A DNA stretch of 39,848 nt from an uncultured Ottowia sp. (GTDB lineage Bacteria > Pseudomonadota > Gammaproteobacteria > Burkholderiales > Burkholderiaceae_C), in the NCBI GenBank assembly GCA_964424045.1, contig CAYRHV010000002.1, positions 1 to 39,848 of the forward strand, in the 5' to 3' direction. The notes under the pieces were generated by a model. It was given only the letters and a program-made list of their open reading frames with translations. It did no database searches and was not told the DNA's origin. Shown here piece by piece: positions 20,566-30,915 of this stretch; within the stretch, counting starts at the first letter, position 1; each line of letters starts with the position of its first letter. The position numbers and the translations under genes are program-made.

Positions 20566-22428
20566 TCAAGGCGTAACGCTGATGCCGTTGGGCGTCTTAC
20601 CCACCGGAACGGTTTTCACGACCTGATCGTCTTTCACATCGAGCACAGAAACTGAATTGGGGCGCCCTAGATTGCCATCACCGACCTTTTTTCCCATCAT
20701 GCTCAGAACGCTTGAGAACAAGTCAGGGTTTTGAAACATCAGGCGAAACGCCTGCTCCCTCGCAGCGTCGCGGCCTTCGCGCAGTTGTCCCATCGCATGG
20801 GTTACTTCCCCTACGGCTTCACGCTCCCGCTTGATGAACGGGTGGTTCTGCGCAAGCGGTTGGCGGTTCTTGCTAAGCGACTCGGCCAGCAAGGCAACGC
20901 CGCGCATCCATGGACTGAACGCTTCAGAGAGCAAATAACGGCTGGTGCGCATCGGATGGAGCCACTTGAGCATTTCGGCTGTCCAGGGCGTGGCCAGCGC
21001 TTGCGCCCAAGGACTGACGAATGCCCGGTAAAGTGCTTCGTTGACCGTCGAGACTTGTTTCACTCGCTCAAAAGCTTCCTGCGGGTAATCCGTTTTCAGG
21101 TCTTGCACCTGACGGGGTTCGAAGCGGATGCTGTAGCTGGGTTTATGGCAGTCCGGGTCACCCGACGGATTGTCGATCTTCATTTCATAGAGGCCCGGGG
21201 CCAGCGCTTCAATGTCAGCCAGGCTCTCCAGGATGGCCCGGTGCTCTAAACGAGCCACCCTGGCAGAGACAAAAATGCCGAGATGGCCGACATGCGGGTT
21301 TGTGAGGTAGACGATGCGCTGCCCGGCTTGCCTGAGATTCTCTGTGTCGCTGTAGACAGCGGGGATCCATCCAAGCGCCTGGTGCGGTGGCGTGATGTTG
21401 TCGCCGTAGGATGCAAAGATGACGATTGGATTCGTGATCCGCCTCAGGTCAGCAGTGCAACCCTGGCAAATCCGGAAAAGACCTTGTTCAATCTGATTGC
21501 CGATGAACAGGTTCTCAACGATCGCGAGAATCTCTTCTCGGCTCAGGAAATAAAAACCGTTCCACCAGCGTTCGAACTCCAGAAAGCGTTCCTGCTCGCT
21601 GTCAACGTTGGTGAAGAGTTGGGCGTACTTTTCCCAAACGGCCTTTTCGGGCTTGAGGTTCTCGAAATTCTGCGCCAGCCAGGCCCCGTCGAAGCGGCCA
21701 TTGCCCAGGTCGGCCGTCAGATGCGCCAACCAGCTGCCGCCAAGGAGCCCTCCGGAAAGACGCATCGGATTGACACCGGACTCACCGGCCCAATACGACA
21801 AGGGTGAGCCATTGAGCACCACCGGCCCGGCCAGACCGGCGCAGTCTGCGGACAGTAGCGTCACCGCCCACCCAGCCTGACAGTTGCCATAGAGCACAGG
21901 AGGCTTGCCAGGATGGCGTAGTGCGACCTCTTCGACGAAGCTCCGCAGCACATGCAACACGTCTGCCAGGGTCTGCCCCAGAGTCGGCTCCGGAAAGAAG
22001 ATGACGAAATAAACCGGATGGCCTTCGCGCATGGCCATTCCAACTTCAGAGTCGCGCTTGAAACCGCCAATCCCAGGGCCATGGCCGGCGCGTGGATCTA
22101 CGACGATGACCGGCGGTTTGTCAGGGTCGACGCAGTCGTCCCAGCAATGCTCGTCGATTTCGGTGATGCGCAGCAGTGCATAGTTGACTGGCCGCTCGAA
22201 GCGGCGCGCGTCCAGCAGCGTTTCGTGCTTGAAATCCAGAAGCGGCGGCAACCCGGCTCGCTCGTGCTCAAGCATGTTGTTCGCGCGCTGGCGAAGCGTG
22301 TCCCAGAAAAGTACCGTGCGTTCGAGGAAGTCCCGCTGGTAGTCGAAAAAGTCCAGCGCCGACAGTGCCTGAGTTGCCGGGGTCTGTTCGCCAGCGGCAT
22401 GGCCGTGGTGATGCAGGTGATGGTTCAT
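20566..22428 (-). CDS. DUF3141-family PHA-synthase-like alpha/beta hydrolase with chimeric ends
   Basis: DPRAGHGPGIGGFK, GNCQAGW (Cys nucleophile box), SYGDNITPP (Asp), GHLGIFVS (His); start MNHHLHHHGH inferred from alignment with the ATPase start. Confidence 0.8.
   Translation of the reverse strand: MNHHLHHHGHAAGEQTPATQALSALDFFDYQRDFLERTVLFWDTLRQRANNMLEHERAGLPPLLDFKHETLLDARRFERPVNYALLRITEIDEHCWDDCVDPDKPPVIVVDPRAGHGPGIGGFKRDSEVGMAMREGHPVYFVIFFPEPTLGQTLADVLHVLRSFVEEVALRHPGKPPVLYGNCQAGWAVTLLSADCAGLAGPVVLNGSPLSYWAGESGVNPMRLSGGLLGGSWLAHLTADLGNGRFDGAWLAQNFENLKPEKAVWEKYAQLFTNVDSEQERFLEFERWWNGFYFLSREEILAIVENLFIGNQIEQGLFRICQGCTADLRRITNPIVIFASYGDNITPPHQALGWIPAVYSDTENLRQAGQRIVYLTNPHVGHLGIFVSARVARLEHRAILESLADIEALAPGLYEMKIDNPSGDPDCHKPSYSIRFEPRQVQDLKTDYPQEAFERVKQVSTVNEALYRAFVSPWAQALATPWTAEMLKWLHPMRTSRYLLSEAFSPWMRGVALLAESLSKNRQPLAQNHPFIKREREAVGEVTHAMGQLREGRDAAREQAFRLMFQNPDLFSSVLSMMGKKVGDGNLGRPNSVSVLDVKDDQVVKTVPVGKTPNGISVTP
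22375..22412. repeat. 38-bp direct repeat (copy 2)
   Basis: Identical to 20217-20254; encodes [12 protein letters not shown] in both proteins. Confidence 0.95.
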
Positions 22429-22454
22429 GCCCATGCCTTTGTGGAGTTGACTCG

Positions 22455-22486
22455 ATTCTTTACCCTGCCATCGTGGCAAGGTAAAG
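22455..22486 (-). promoter_or_regulatory. CueR/MerR-type promoter-operator upstream of DUF3141
   Basis: Minus strand TTTACC-19 bp-AAGAAT with near-perfect dyad CTTTACCTTGCCA-CGA-TGGCAGGGTAAAG. Confidence 0.72.
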
Positions 22487-22537
22487 CCTTTTTCCTTGTG
22501 GACGCATCAAGCCCCGCACTGGTCCATGCCCCGATGG

Positions 22538-23041
22538 CTAGCGGGACAAAGACTGGCGGTACTGGATATTGATTTCATCGTGGCGGCGCCGTATCTCTGG
22601 CGGCCATTGCGCCTTGATCCATGACAGCACGGCCACGATCTCGTCGTCGCTCAGCACACCGCCGTAGATCGGCATGGCTGTGCGGTAGTCGGGCTGATTG
22701 ATCAACTGGGCCAGCCCCTGCTTGGTGATGGCGAACAACTGCTCGTCCGGGTGGTGCCAGGTGTGGCCGCTCGCGTCGTGGGGCGGCGCCGGCAGCAGGC
22801 CATCGGGCCCACGATCACGCCAACTGGGCTGCCCCTCGCTCCTGGCGCCATGGCAGGCCGCACATTGTTGGGCATAGATGCGGGCGCCGACACGCAGCAC
22901 CTGGGGATCATCGGGACGCAGGCTGTGCACCGGCGCCGCCGCCTGCCGATTGCTGACGCGCAGAGAAAAATAGCCCGCCCCTGCCACCAGCAGCAGGGCC
23001 AGCAGTCCTGCGGCCCACAAGGCCAGCGGTTTCAACGTCAT
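22538..23041 (-). CDS. Membrane-anchored c-type cytochrome
   Basis: N-terminal TM, CAACH heme motif, APPHDASGHTWHHPD, distal MP. Confidence 0.9.
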   Translation of the reverse strand: MTLKPLALWAAGLLALLLVAGAGYFSLRVSNRQAAAPVHSLRPDDPQVLRVGARIYAQQCAACHGARSEGQPSWRDRGPDGLLPAPPHDASGHTWHHPDEQLFAITKQGLAQLINQPDYRTAMPIYGGVLSDDEIVAVLSWIKAQWPPEIRRRHDEINIQYRQSLSR

Positions 23042-23096
23042 CGCAACTTCCTTGATTTCATGCTGATGGTCACATTCTGGTCATCGGATGCATCGC

Positions 23097-23744
23097 TCAA
23101 GGCTGGGCCCATGCGCCCCAGCGCGGAATGAAGCGTGGCACGTGGAGCGCATACTCCTGCCAGGCCTGTCCAAAACGGCGTGCACTCTCCTGCTCCTCGT
23201 TGTGCGCCAGGCGGGCATACATCACCACAAGCACCGGGAACATCAACAGCGTCAGCAAGGTCGGCCATTGCAGGAGAAAGCCGAACATGATCAGCACGAA
23301 GGCGATGTACTGCGGATGCCGCACCCAGGCATAAACACCGGTGCGCGCCAGCCGCCCCTGCCGCTGGGCCTCGTAGAGCACGGGCCAAGCCGCAGCCAGC
23401 AGCCAGAAGCCGCCGCCAATGAACAGGTAGCTGAGAATGTGGAACGGCCCAAGGTGCGGATCACCGCCCCAGCCGAACAGCAGCTCCAGCAGGTGACCGG
23501 CGTTGTGGTTCAGCAGGTCCACGCCCGGGACCTTCTGGCCCAGCCAGCCCGACAGGAAGTAGATGGTCAGCGGGAAGCCATACATCTCCACGAACAGCGC
23601 CACGATGAACGCTGTGAACGCCCCGAAACTGCGCCAGTCGCGCGCGCTGGCCGGCTTGAAGAAGCTGAAGGCGAACATGACGAAGATCGCCACGTTGACC
23701 ACCACCAGAGTCCACAGGCCATACGACGATCCCGTGTGCTCCAT
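23097..23744 (-). CDS. Isoprenylcysteine carboxylmethyltransferase-family membrane protein
   Basis: TGVYAWVRHPQY, EE...FG..W..Y...VPRFIP; ALFVEMYGFPLT. Confidence 0.88.
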   Translation of the reverse strand: MEHTGSSYGLWTLVVVNVAIFVMFAFSFFKPASARDWRSFGAFTAFIVALFVEMYGFPLTIYFLSGWLGQKVPGVDLLNHNAGHLLELLFGWGGDPHLGPFHILSYLFIGGGFWLLAAAWPVLYEAQRQGRLARTGVYAWVRHPQYIAFVLIMFGFLLQWPTLLTLLMFPVLVVMYARLAHNEEQESARRFGQAWQEYALHVPRFIPRWGAWAQP

Positions 23745-23748
23745 GGCC

Positions 23749-24027
23749 TCAGCCCCTGTCGGAGTTTTGTCCAGTGCCCTGGCCAGTGGCTCCGGAGCCA
23801 CCACCGTGGCCGCCATGACCACCATGGCCTTTGTGCATGAAGACATGCATCAGCGGGCAGGCCAGCAGGAAGGCATAGGGCCACCATTGCGCCAAGTGGG
23901 CACGGTGCTCGGTCCATAGAAAGTACCCGGCGGCAGCGCCGAACACGAGCAGGCCGATGGCATAGCGCGAGCGCCAGAACCCGCCGGTCTGCACACTCTG
24001 CGGATGGGATGCATGGTCATGGGTCAT
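23749..24027 (-). CDS. DUF2933-family small membrane protein
   Basis: EHRAH...LLACPLMHVFMHKGHGGHGGH; GAGGAGG RBS. Confidence 0.85.
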   Translation of the reverse strand: MTHDHASHPQSVQTGGFWRSRYAIGLLVFGAAAGYFLWTEHRAHLAQWWPYAFLLACPLMHVFMHKGHGGHGGHGGGSGATGQGTGQNSDRG

Positions 24028-24037
24028 GACGGCCTCC

Positions 24038-24508
24038 TCACTTTGTGCCGGGAGTGGAGGTTTGCGGCATGGACATTCGATCCATCATCATCTGCATCAT
24101 CGACTCCATCATGGCCATGCGCTTTTCCATCATCTGCGGGTCGTGCTGCATGCCAGCCATACCGGCGGGCGGGTTGCCCGATGCCATCTGGCCGTGCATC
24201 GACTCCATCATGCGCATGCCGTCCTGCATGGTCTTCATGTGTTCGGCCATCAATGCCTGCCGCTCCTGGGGCGTCTTGGCGGCGGCCATCTTCTCGTGCA
24301 TGGCTCGCATGCGTTGTTCCATCGCGGCCATCATGGCCGGGTTCATGGCCTGCGATAGCGGTGCTGCAGCCGGCGCCGGAGCTGCCGCCGCAGGGGCGGT
24401 CGTTTCCGCTGGATGGTGGTCCTTGTGCTCGTCGGAGCCTTGCGCCAGCACGCCCACGGAGGCGGCGGCGACACAGAGACCGATCAGAGCATGACGAATG
24501 TGAACCAT
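24038..24508 (-). CDS. Periplasmic Met-rich putative copper-binding protein
   Basis: Signal peptide, DEHKDHHP, AKTPQERQALMAEHMKTMQDGM, very Met-rich helices. Confidence 0.8.
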   Translation of the reverse strand: MVHIRHALIGLCVAAASVGVLAQGSDEHKDHHPAETTAPAAAAPAPAAAPLSQAMNPAMMAAMEQRMRAMHEKMAAAKTPQERQALMAEHMKTMQDGMRMMESMHGQMASGNPPAGMAGMQHDPQMMEKRMAMMESMMQMMMDRMSMPQTSTPGTK

Positions 24509-24582
24509 GATGCTTCCTTCTTGCGGTGGAGGGGGTGACTAGGGCTGCCGCGTCCGGCGGCACGGCGCGGTTGTGACTCTGC

Positions 24583-24924
24583 TCAGCGCGCGGGTTGGAT
24601 GTCGGTGACAACCATCTTTCCACCTTCCTGGACGACCATGAATTGCACCTTGTCGCCGGGCTTGAGCTTGATGAGCTGACCCTTGTCGCGAACGGTGAAG
24701 ACCATGGTCATTCCGGGCATGTCCAGGTTCTTGATGTCTCCATGCTTGAGGGTGATCTTGCCGTTATCCGGATCGACCTTCTTGACCTCGCCATCGGTCA
24801 TGGAGTCCGACGCAGGCGCCGCCACCTGACCTTGACTGGGGCTGACCTGGGCATGGCCCGCCATCGGCAGGGCAACGCCCATGGCCAGGGCGGAGATGGT
24901 GAGCAGACGTTGGATGGTGGTCAC
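24583..24924 (-). CDS. cusF: CusF-family periplasmic copper chaperone
   Basis: GEVKKVD...KITLKHGDIKNLDMPGMTMVF; GTG start is uncertain. Confidence 0.88.
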   Translation of the reverse strand: MTTIQRLLTISALAMGVALPMAGHAQVSPSQGQVAAPASDSMTDGEVKKVDPDNGKITLKHGDIKNLDMPGMTMVFTVRDKGQLIKLKPGDKVQFMVVQEGGKMVVTDIQPAR

Positions 24925-24978
24925 GATGATCTCTGAAGGAATAATCGATGGGGGTTCCAAAGGACTTGCAAGATCAGT

Positions 24979-25485
24979 TCAGCGAGCAACCTCGACTTGC
25001 CCGACCATGCCGGCTTCAAGGTGTCCCGGTTCGGTGCAAGCAAAATCGACCTTGCCCGGCTGGGTGAACTGCCACACCATCGTGCCGCGCTGGCCGGGCT
25101 TAAGGTTCACCTGGTTAGGCTCGCTGTGCACCATGCCGGGATTGGCGCGCATTTCCTTGGCGTGCTCCTTCAATTCGTCCAGCGAGCCGAGCACCATTTC
25201 GTGCCTGATCTTGCCGGCGTTGCGCACCATGAAGCGCACGGTCTCGCCCTCCTTCACATTGATGCTGGAGGGATCGAAGCGCATGTCGTCGTTCATCACC
25301 ACGTCGATCGTGCGCGTGACCTTGGCGGGGTCGCCGGGCTGGCCGAACATGGCGCTGTGCTCCGACATGCTCATGTTGCCGTGCGAGGCGGGCATGTCGT
25401 GGCCACCAGCGTGCGTGCCAGCAGCCAGCGCAGCTAGCGGAAACGCCGCAGCGGCAAACAGGGAAATGACGATGCTTTTATTCAT
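24979..25485 (-). CDS. copI: CopI-like periplasmic cupredoxin
   Basis: Signal peptide, His/Met-rich N-terminus, MRFDP, HEMVLG, FACTEPGHLEAGM. Confidence 0.82.
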   Translation of the reverse strand: MNKSIVISLFAAAAFPLAALAAGTHAGGHDMPASHGNMSMSEHSAMFGQPGDPAKVTRTIDVVMNDDMRFDPSSINVKEGETVRFMVRNAGKIRHEMVLGSLDELKEHAKEMRANPGMVHSEPNQVNLKPGQRGTMVWQFTQPGKVDFACTEPGHLEAGMVGQVEVAR

Positions 25486-25507
25486 TCAAACGACTCCTTG
25501 GGAAAAA

Positions 25508-26716
25508 TCAGAACCAGAAACTCAAGCCCGCCAACCAGCGCGTCTGGGTGGCACTGCCACCCGAGGCGCGCACGAAGTCTCCCGTGCGGCCAAAGCTGTG
25601 TTGCCATTCGACGCCGATGTAGGGTGCGATCTGGCGCGTGATTTCGTAGCGCAGGCGCAAACCCGCACTGGCGTTGGCAAGGCCGCTGCCGATAGCGTTG
25701 ACAGGATCGCTCTTGCCGTAGAAATTCCATTCGGTGCGCGGCTGCAGAATCAGCTTTTGCGTGAGAAGCCAGTCATAGCTCCCTTCGAGCCGCAGCGCGG
25801 TGCGGCCGCCACTGCCCAGATAGGCCGTGGCATCGAGCTCAAACCAGTAGGGCGCGAGGCCCTGCACGCCAGCCGCAAGCCACTGGCGATCCTTGCCTGT
25901 GCTGTGGTCGAAGCGCACGCCGAGCTGACTGTCCCAGAAGGCGGCGATGGCGTGGCCCCAGAGCAGTTCGGTGCGCGAATCCTGTAGCTTGCCCTGTGCG
26001 ACGTCGCCCTCGGCCTTGATGACCAGGTGATTGAAGTCGCGGCCGATGCGCGCTTGCAGGTCATACGTCGTGGCGTTATCGCCGTGGCGTGCCCATGCGC
26101 GCTCCAGACGGTTGACCCTCAGGTTCGCAAAGCTCATCTGGTCGCCCAGTTGCAGGCGCGGCACGCCCGTGAACGAATACTTGCCGCTGCCGCGCTCGAA
26201 GCCGTCGGAATAGCCGTTGGGGTCGCGCGCATCGGCGGGCGGGCTGCCGCCTTGCATTTGCATTGCACCGTGGCCCATGCCAGCCATCGAGCCGTCTGAC
26301 GCCGGCGCCGCGCCGTACTCCATCGCGGGAGCGGGGCCGCTGGCGGTACCTTGGGATGGCGCGGTGCCGTGATCCATTCCCGGCATGACGCCATGATCCA
26401 TGGGTGGCGCGCCAGGATTTGCAGCCGGAGCGCTGCCTCGCATGGGCATGCTGCCGTGATTCATGGCAGGCGCTTCAGCTCCTGCTGGCGCACTGCCCGC
26501 GGGCATCGGCATGCCCCCATGATCCATGCCTGCCATGGACCCCGCCGCAGGCGCGGCGCTGGACTGTGCCGCAACATCGTGTGCGCCATGCGCATCGTGA
26601 TCCTGAGCCAGAGCGGACGTGGCGGCGCTCGAGAGAATCAGGGCTGCAGCCACCGGCGCCAGCCGCAAGGCCACAGTGTGCGGGGTAAGTCGGTTCATTT
26701 TCAGGTTCTTTTTCAT
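25508..26716 (-). CDS. copB: Copper resistance outer membrane protein B
   Basis: Repeated MxHGxM N-terminal units, GVQGLAPYWFE, GLRLRYEI...APYIGV, terminal FWF; ATGA overlap with copA. Confidence 0.92.
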   Translation of the reverse strand: MKKNLKMNRLTPHTVALRLAPVAAALILSSAATSALAQDHDAHGAHDVAAQSSAAPAAGSMAGMDHGGMPMPAGSAPAGAEAPAMNHGSMPMRGSAPAANPGAPPMDHGVMPGMDHGTAPSQGTASGPAPAMEYGAAPASDGSMAGMGHGAMQMQGGSPPADARDPNGYSDGFERGSGKYSFTGVPRLQLGDQMSFANLRVNRLERAWARHGDNATTYDLQARIGRDFNHLVIKAEGDVAQGKLQDSRTELLWGHAIAAFWDSQLGVRFDHSTGKDRQWLAAGVQGLAPYWFELDATAYLGSGGRTALRLEGSYDWLLTQKLILQPRTEWNFYGKSDPVNAIGSGLANASAGLRLRYEITRQIAPYIGVEWQHSFGRTGDFVRASGGSATQTRWLAGLSFWF

Positions 26717-28572
26717 GCCACCACCACTTCGCGGAACATGCCCATTTCCATGTGGAACATCAGGTGACAGTGCCAGACCCAGCGGCCGAGCGCGTCGGCG
26801 CTGACGAGAAAGCTCACGCGCTGCGCCGGCTGCACGGGGATGGTGTGCAGCCGCGCGACGAATTCGCCTGAGGCGTTTTCCAGCTCCTGCCACATGCCGT
26901 GCAGGTGCATGGGGTGGGTCATCATGGTGTCGTTGTGCAGGATCACGCGCAGGCGCTCGCCATAGCGGAAATGCACGGGGCGGCTGTCGGTGAAGTCCAG
27001 GCCGTCGAACGACCAGGTGTAGCGTTCCATGTTGCCCGTCAGATGCAACTCGATTTCGCGCTCGGGCCCGCCGGCATAGAGCGATCCGCCGACGGTCTTG
27101 AGATCGGCCAGCGTGAGCACGCGTCGGCCGTTGCCGCGCAGTCCGACGCCGGGGTCATCCAGGTTGGTGCGCGGCATGTCCACGCGCATGTCGGCGCCGG
27201 GGCCCCATTCGGTGCGAGCGTGGCGCACGGCGGTGCCGGGCTTTTGCAACGGATTGGACGCCATGCTGTGCGCCATGCCGGGCATGCCGCCCATGGCCGA
27301 CATGTCGTGCCCGCCGCCCATGCCCTGCATGCCGGCCATGCCAGCGTGGTTCATCCCAGCCATGGGGCCGTGGCCCATCGCCGCCATGTCGTGGCCACCG
27401 CCTCGCGCCATGCCGCCCATCATGTCGGCCATGGTGAGCCACTGCACCGCATCCAGCGCGGGCACCGGCGCGCTCAGGCCCGGGCGTACCGCCAGTGTGG
27501 CGCGCGCGTAGCCGGTGCGATCCATCGATTGCGCAAAGAGCGTGTAGGCATCGTCTTTGGGCTGCACAATCACGTCGTAGGTCTGGCCGGGGCCGAAGCG
27601 GAACTCATCCACCGTCACTGGCTCCACGTCTTGCCCGTCGGCCTGCACCACGGTGAGCTTGAGGCCCGGAATGCGCACGTCATAGAACGTATTGCCGCTG
27701 CCGTTGATGCAGCGCAGGCGCACGCGCTCGCCGGGCTTGAAGAGCGCCGTCCAGTTGGCGCCAGGCGCGCTGCCGTTGACGAGGTAACTGAGCACGGTCG
27801 AGGACAAATCGGCCATGTCGCTCGGGCTCATGCGCATGGCGTACCACATGTCACGCTCCTGCAGCGCCGCGCCCAGGCCCTGCTCGCGGACGTCACGCAG
27901 GAATTTGACGAAGGTGGGCCGGTGCTGGTTAAACACGTCGCCTTGCGCCTTGAGCTTGGCCAACGCGCGCATCGGGTCGGTGCCGGTCCAGTCCGACAGC
28001 AGCACGACGTGCTCGCGGTCGGCGCGAATGGTTTCACGATCGTGCGGCTCGACGATGAGCGCGCCATACAGGCCGGTCACCTCCTGCATGCCGCTGTGCG
28101 AGTGGTACCAGTAGGTGCCGCTTTGCTCCAGTGTGTAGCGGTAGGTGAAGGTCTCACCGGGCGCGATGCCGGCAAAGCTCACGCCCGGTACGCCGTCCAT
28201 CTGGAACGGCAGGATGATGCCGTGCCAGTGGATAGACGCCGTCTCGCGCAGGCGGTTAGTGACGCGAATCGTCACGGTCTCGCCTTCGCGCATGCGCAGC
28301 GTCGGCCCGGGCAGACTGCCGTTGATGGTGGTGGCGATGCCCGTGCGGCCGTCGAAGTCGACGCGGGTTTCGGCCAGCGTCAGGTCGAAAACAGGGCCAC
28401 GCAATTCGGGTGGCGTTCCCGTATGGGCTGCTGGCAGGTCTTGCAGTGCCCAGGCGGGCAGTGCGGCATCGAGCGTGCCCAATGCGGTACCCGCCGCCAG
28501 CGCCCTCAGAAAGCGCCGGCGCTGGATGGCCTGGCCTGGGGAGGCGGAAAAGGAAGGGGTTTTGAATCGCAT
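26713..28572 (-). CDS. copA: CopA-family multicopper oxidase
   Basis: Tat signal RRRFL; [28 protein letters not shown]. Confidence 0.95.
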   Translation of the reverse strand: MRFKTPSFSASPGQAIQRRRFLRALAAGTALGTLDAALPAWALQDLPAAHTGTPPELRGPVFDLTLAETRVDFDGRTGIATTINGSLPGPTLRMREGETVTIRVTNRLRETASIHWHGIILPFQMDGVPGVSFAGIAPGETFTYRYTLEQSGTYWYHSHSGMQEVTGLYGALIVEPHDRETIRADREHVVLLSDWTGTDPMRALAKLKAQGDVFNQHRPTFVKFLRDVREQGLGAALQERDMWYAMRMSPSDMADLSSTVLSYLVNGSAPGANWTALFKPGERVRLRCINGSGNTFYDVRIPGLKLTVVQADGQDVEPVTVDEFRFGPGQTYDVIVQPKDDAYTLFAQSMDRTGYARATLAVRPGLSAPVPALDAVQWLTMADMMGGMARGGGHDMAAMGHGPMAGMNHAGMAGMQGMGGGHDMSAMGGMPGMAHSMASNPLQKPGTAVRHARTEWGPGADMRVDMPRTNLDDPGVGLRGNGRRVLTLADLKTVGGSLYAGGPEREIELHLTGNMERYTWSFDGLDFTDSRPVHFRYGERLRVILHNDTMMTHPMHLHGMWQELENASGEFVARLHTIPVQPAQRVSFLVSADALGRWVWHCHLMFHMEMGMFREVVVA

Positions 28573-28617
28573 GTCGCAGATTCTGAAGAGCCCGCCCTTT
28601 CAGCAAGATGTTTGCAA

Positions 28618-28637
28618 CATTACATTTTTGTTAGCTT
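28618..28637. promoter_or_regulatory. cop box (CopR site) between divergent copA and copR
   Basis: Minus strand AAGCTAACAAAAATGTAATG resembles the Pseudomonas cop box AAGCTTACAGAAATGTAATC. Confidence 0.7.
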
Positions 28638-28696
28638 CATGTCGGCAGGCCTTACACGGGGCACACTTGCGCCAGAACCGCAAAGGAGCCGAACCG

Positions 28697-29380
28697 GTGA
28701 AGATATTGATCGTCGAAGACGAGCCCAAGACTGGCGAATACTTGCGCCAGGGCCTGAGCGAGGCCGGGTATGTGGCGGACCTGGTGCCCCATGGCACCGA
28801 TGGGCTGCACATGGCCTTGCACGGTGCCTACGACCTCGTGATCCTGGATGTCATGCTGCCCGGGCTGAACGGCTGGCAGGTGCTGCAATCGCTGCGCGAG
28901 CGCGGCCTGCAAATGCCAGTGCTGTTCCTGACCGCACGCGACCAGGTCGAAGATCGCGTCAAGGGGCTGGAGCTTGGCGCCGACGACTATCTGGTCAAGC
29001 CGTTCTCGTTTGCGGAACTGCTGGCCCGCGTGCGCATCATCTTGCGCCGCGGCCCGGCGGGCAACGAAAGCACCATGTTACGCGTCGCCGATCTGGAGCT
29101 GGATCTGCTGCGCCGCCGGGTCTCGCGCAACGGCAGGCGCGTGGACCTGACGGCCAAGGAGTTCGGCCTGCTGGAACTGCTGATGCGACGCCACGGCGAG
29201 GTGCTGCCGCGTTCCCTCATCGCTTCGCAGGTGTGGGACATGAACTTCGACAGCGACACCAATGTCATCGAAGTGGCGATGCGCCGACTGCGCGTGAAGA
29301 TCGACGAGGGTCACCCGGTCAAGCTCATCCAGACCGTGCGCGGCATGGGTTATGTGCTCGACGTACCGCAGGAGGAATAG
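28697..29380 (+). CDS. copR: Heavy-metal response regulator
   Basis: GTG start after AAGGAG; [41 protein letters not shown]. Confidence 0.93.
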   Translation: MKILIVEDEPKTGEYLRQGLSEAGYVADLVPHGTDGLHMALHGAYDLVILDVMLPGLNGWQVLQSLRERGLQMPVLFLTARDQVEDRVKGLELGADDYLVKPFSFAELLARVRIILRRGPAGNESTMLRVADLELDLLRRRVSRNGRRVDLTAKEFGLLELLMRRHGEVLPRSLIASQVWDMNFDSDTNVIEVAMRRLRVKIDEGHPVKLIQTVRGMGYVLDVPQEE

Positions 29381-30784
29381 GTGTTGTTTCGGGTTCGTTG
29401 GGGTCGGTTGCCGCTGACGCAGCGCTTGACCCTGCTCTTCACTGCGGTGGCGGCCTCGGTGGTGCTGGGACTGGGCGCTTTGTTTCTGGTCGAGACCGAG
29501 CGGCATTTCGTCGAGCTTGATCGGATGGCGCTGCAGGACAAGCAACACCTGATCGAGGAAATTCTCCGCAATGCCGACTCGGCCGACGACGCTCGCCAGC
29601 GACTGGGCGAGGCGCTGAGCTATCACTATGATCTCTATGCCCAGGTCCAGAATGGACAAGGAGCGGTGATCTTTCAATCCCGCGGGTTCATCCCCACCAT
29701 GCGCAGCGACAAGACCCCGCACACCGGTGAAAGCAAGGTGTTTGGGATGTTGCGGCATGGTGATGCCCGGTTCCATACCCTGGTCTTCAGGGCCTACCCT
29801 GCCTACTCCAGTACTCCCCTGATGGTTTGGATCGCGGCGGATACGGATCACCACACGCAGTTTCTCGACGGCCTGCGGCGCAGCTTGGCCCTGTATGTGC
29901 TCGCCGCCATCGCCATCTGCGGCCTGCTCTCGTGGTTCGCCGCGCGCCAGGGGCTGGCGCCCTTGCGCGACATGAAGTCACGGGCTGCCAAGGTGACGGG
30001 GCAGAAGCTTGGCGAGCGCATGCCCGTGCAGGCCGTGCCGGTAGAAATGGCAGACCTTGCGCAAGAGTTGAACCGCATGCTGGATCGGCTGCAGGAGGAC
30101 TTTCGGCGCCTGACCGATTTCGCGTCCGATCTCGCGCACGAACTGCGCACTCCCATCAGCAATCTGCTGACCCAGACCCAAGTGGCGCTGGCGACCAAGC
30201 GCGATGCCGCAACCTACCGCGACATCCTGGCATCGAACGCCGAGGAATTTCAGCGGCTGGCGCGCATGGTGTCCGACATGCTACTGCTGGCCAAGACCGA
30301 GCGCGGCGTGGATCTGCCGCACAAGGAGCGGTTTTCCGCCCGCCAGGACGGGCTGGCGCTGCTCGACTTCTACGAGGCCGTGGCCGAGGAAAAGCGCATC
30401 CGGCTGCGGGTGGAAGGCGATGGCGAGATCGAAGGCGACCGCCTGATGTTTCGCCGCGCGGTCAGCAACCTGCTGTCCAACGCCCTGCGCCACGCGTCCG
30501 AGGCCGGCGACGTCACTATCCGCATCACCGCCACCGCACAGGCCACGACGGTGGCCGTGGAGAACACCGGTGCCGACATCGACGCCAAGATTCTGCCCCG
30601 GCTGTTCGACCGCTTCTACCGCGCCGATGCTTCCAGGACCCATCCGGACACCGACGGGTCGGGCTTGGGTCTGGCCATTACGCGCGCCATTGCCGAGGCC
30701 CACGGCGGTCGCGTCACGGCAAGCTCGGGTCAGGGGCGCACCTGTTTCACCCTGGTGTTTCCGCATCGCGTCGCGAAGCCCTGA
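29381..30784 (+). CDS. copS: Heavy-metal sensor histidine kinase
   Basis: Two TMs, RHFVELD, DHHTQFL, AHELRTP, NLLSNA, FDRFYR, GSGLGL. Confidence 0.93.
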   Translation: MLFRVRWGRLPLTQRLTLLFTAVAASVVLGLGALFLVETERHFVELDRMALQDKQHLIEEILRNADSADDARQRLGEALSYHYDLYAQVQNGQGAVIFQSRGFIPTMRSDKTPHTGESKVFGMLRHGDARFHTLVFRAYPAYSSTPLMVWIAADTDHHTQFLDGLRRSLALYVLAAIAICGLLSWFAARQGLAPLRDMKSRAAKVTGQKLGERMPVQAVPVEMADLAQELNRMLDRLQEDFRRLTDFASDLAHELRTPISNLLTQTQVALATKRDAATYRDILASNAEEFQRLARMVSDMLLLAKTERGVDLPHKERFSARQDGLALLDFYEAVAEEKRIRLRVEGDGEIEGDRLMFRRAVSNLLSNALRHASEAGDVTIRITATAQATTVAVENTGADIDAKILPRLFDRFYRADASRTHPDTDGSGLGLAITRAIAEAHGGRVTASSGQGRTCFTLVFPHRVAKP

Positions 30785-30803
30785 AGCTGACAACAAACTC
30801 ATC
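30784..30803 (+). promoter_or_regulatory. Possible second cop box upstream of the DUF4148 gene
   Basis: AAGCTGACAACAAACTCATC: good left half-site, degenerate right half. Confidence 0.35.
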
Positions 30804-30915
30804 GGGCTGTCCAGATTCTGTTGGGGTGCGCTCCCTACGATGAACACATCTCCTCAGCGCCTAACCAAGGCATGGGAGATGCAAGTTTCATCCACCTTCG
30901 TTAGGAGCTTCAATC

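Noticed and set aside
28145-28696. N-terminal extension of CopR (411-aa ORF)
   Set aside because: Overlaps copA antisense; GTG at 28697 with an AAGGAG RBS gives a normal-length regulator
26899-29520. 873-aa plus-strand ORF and similar long ORFs (18072-20339, 12264-13913, 10985-12193, 35065-36195)
   Set aside because: Antisense or alternate-frame shadows of well-supported genes in GC-rich DNA; Arg/Ala/Gly-rich with no motifs
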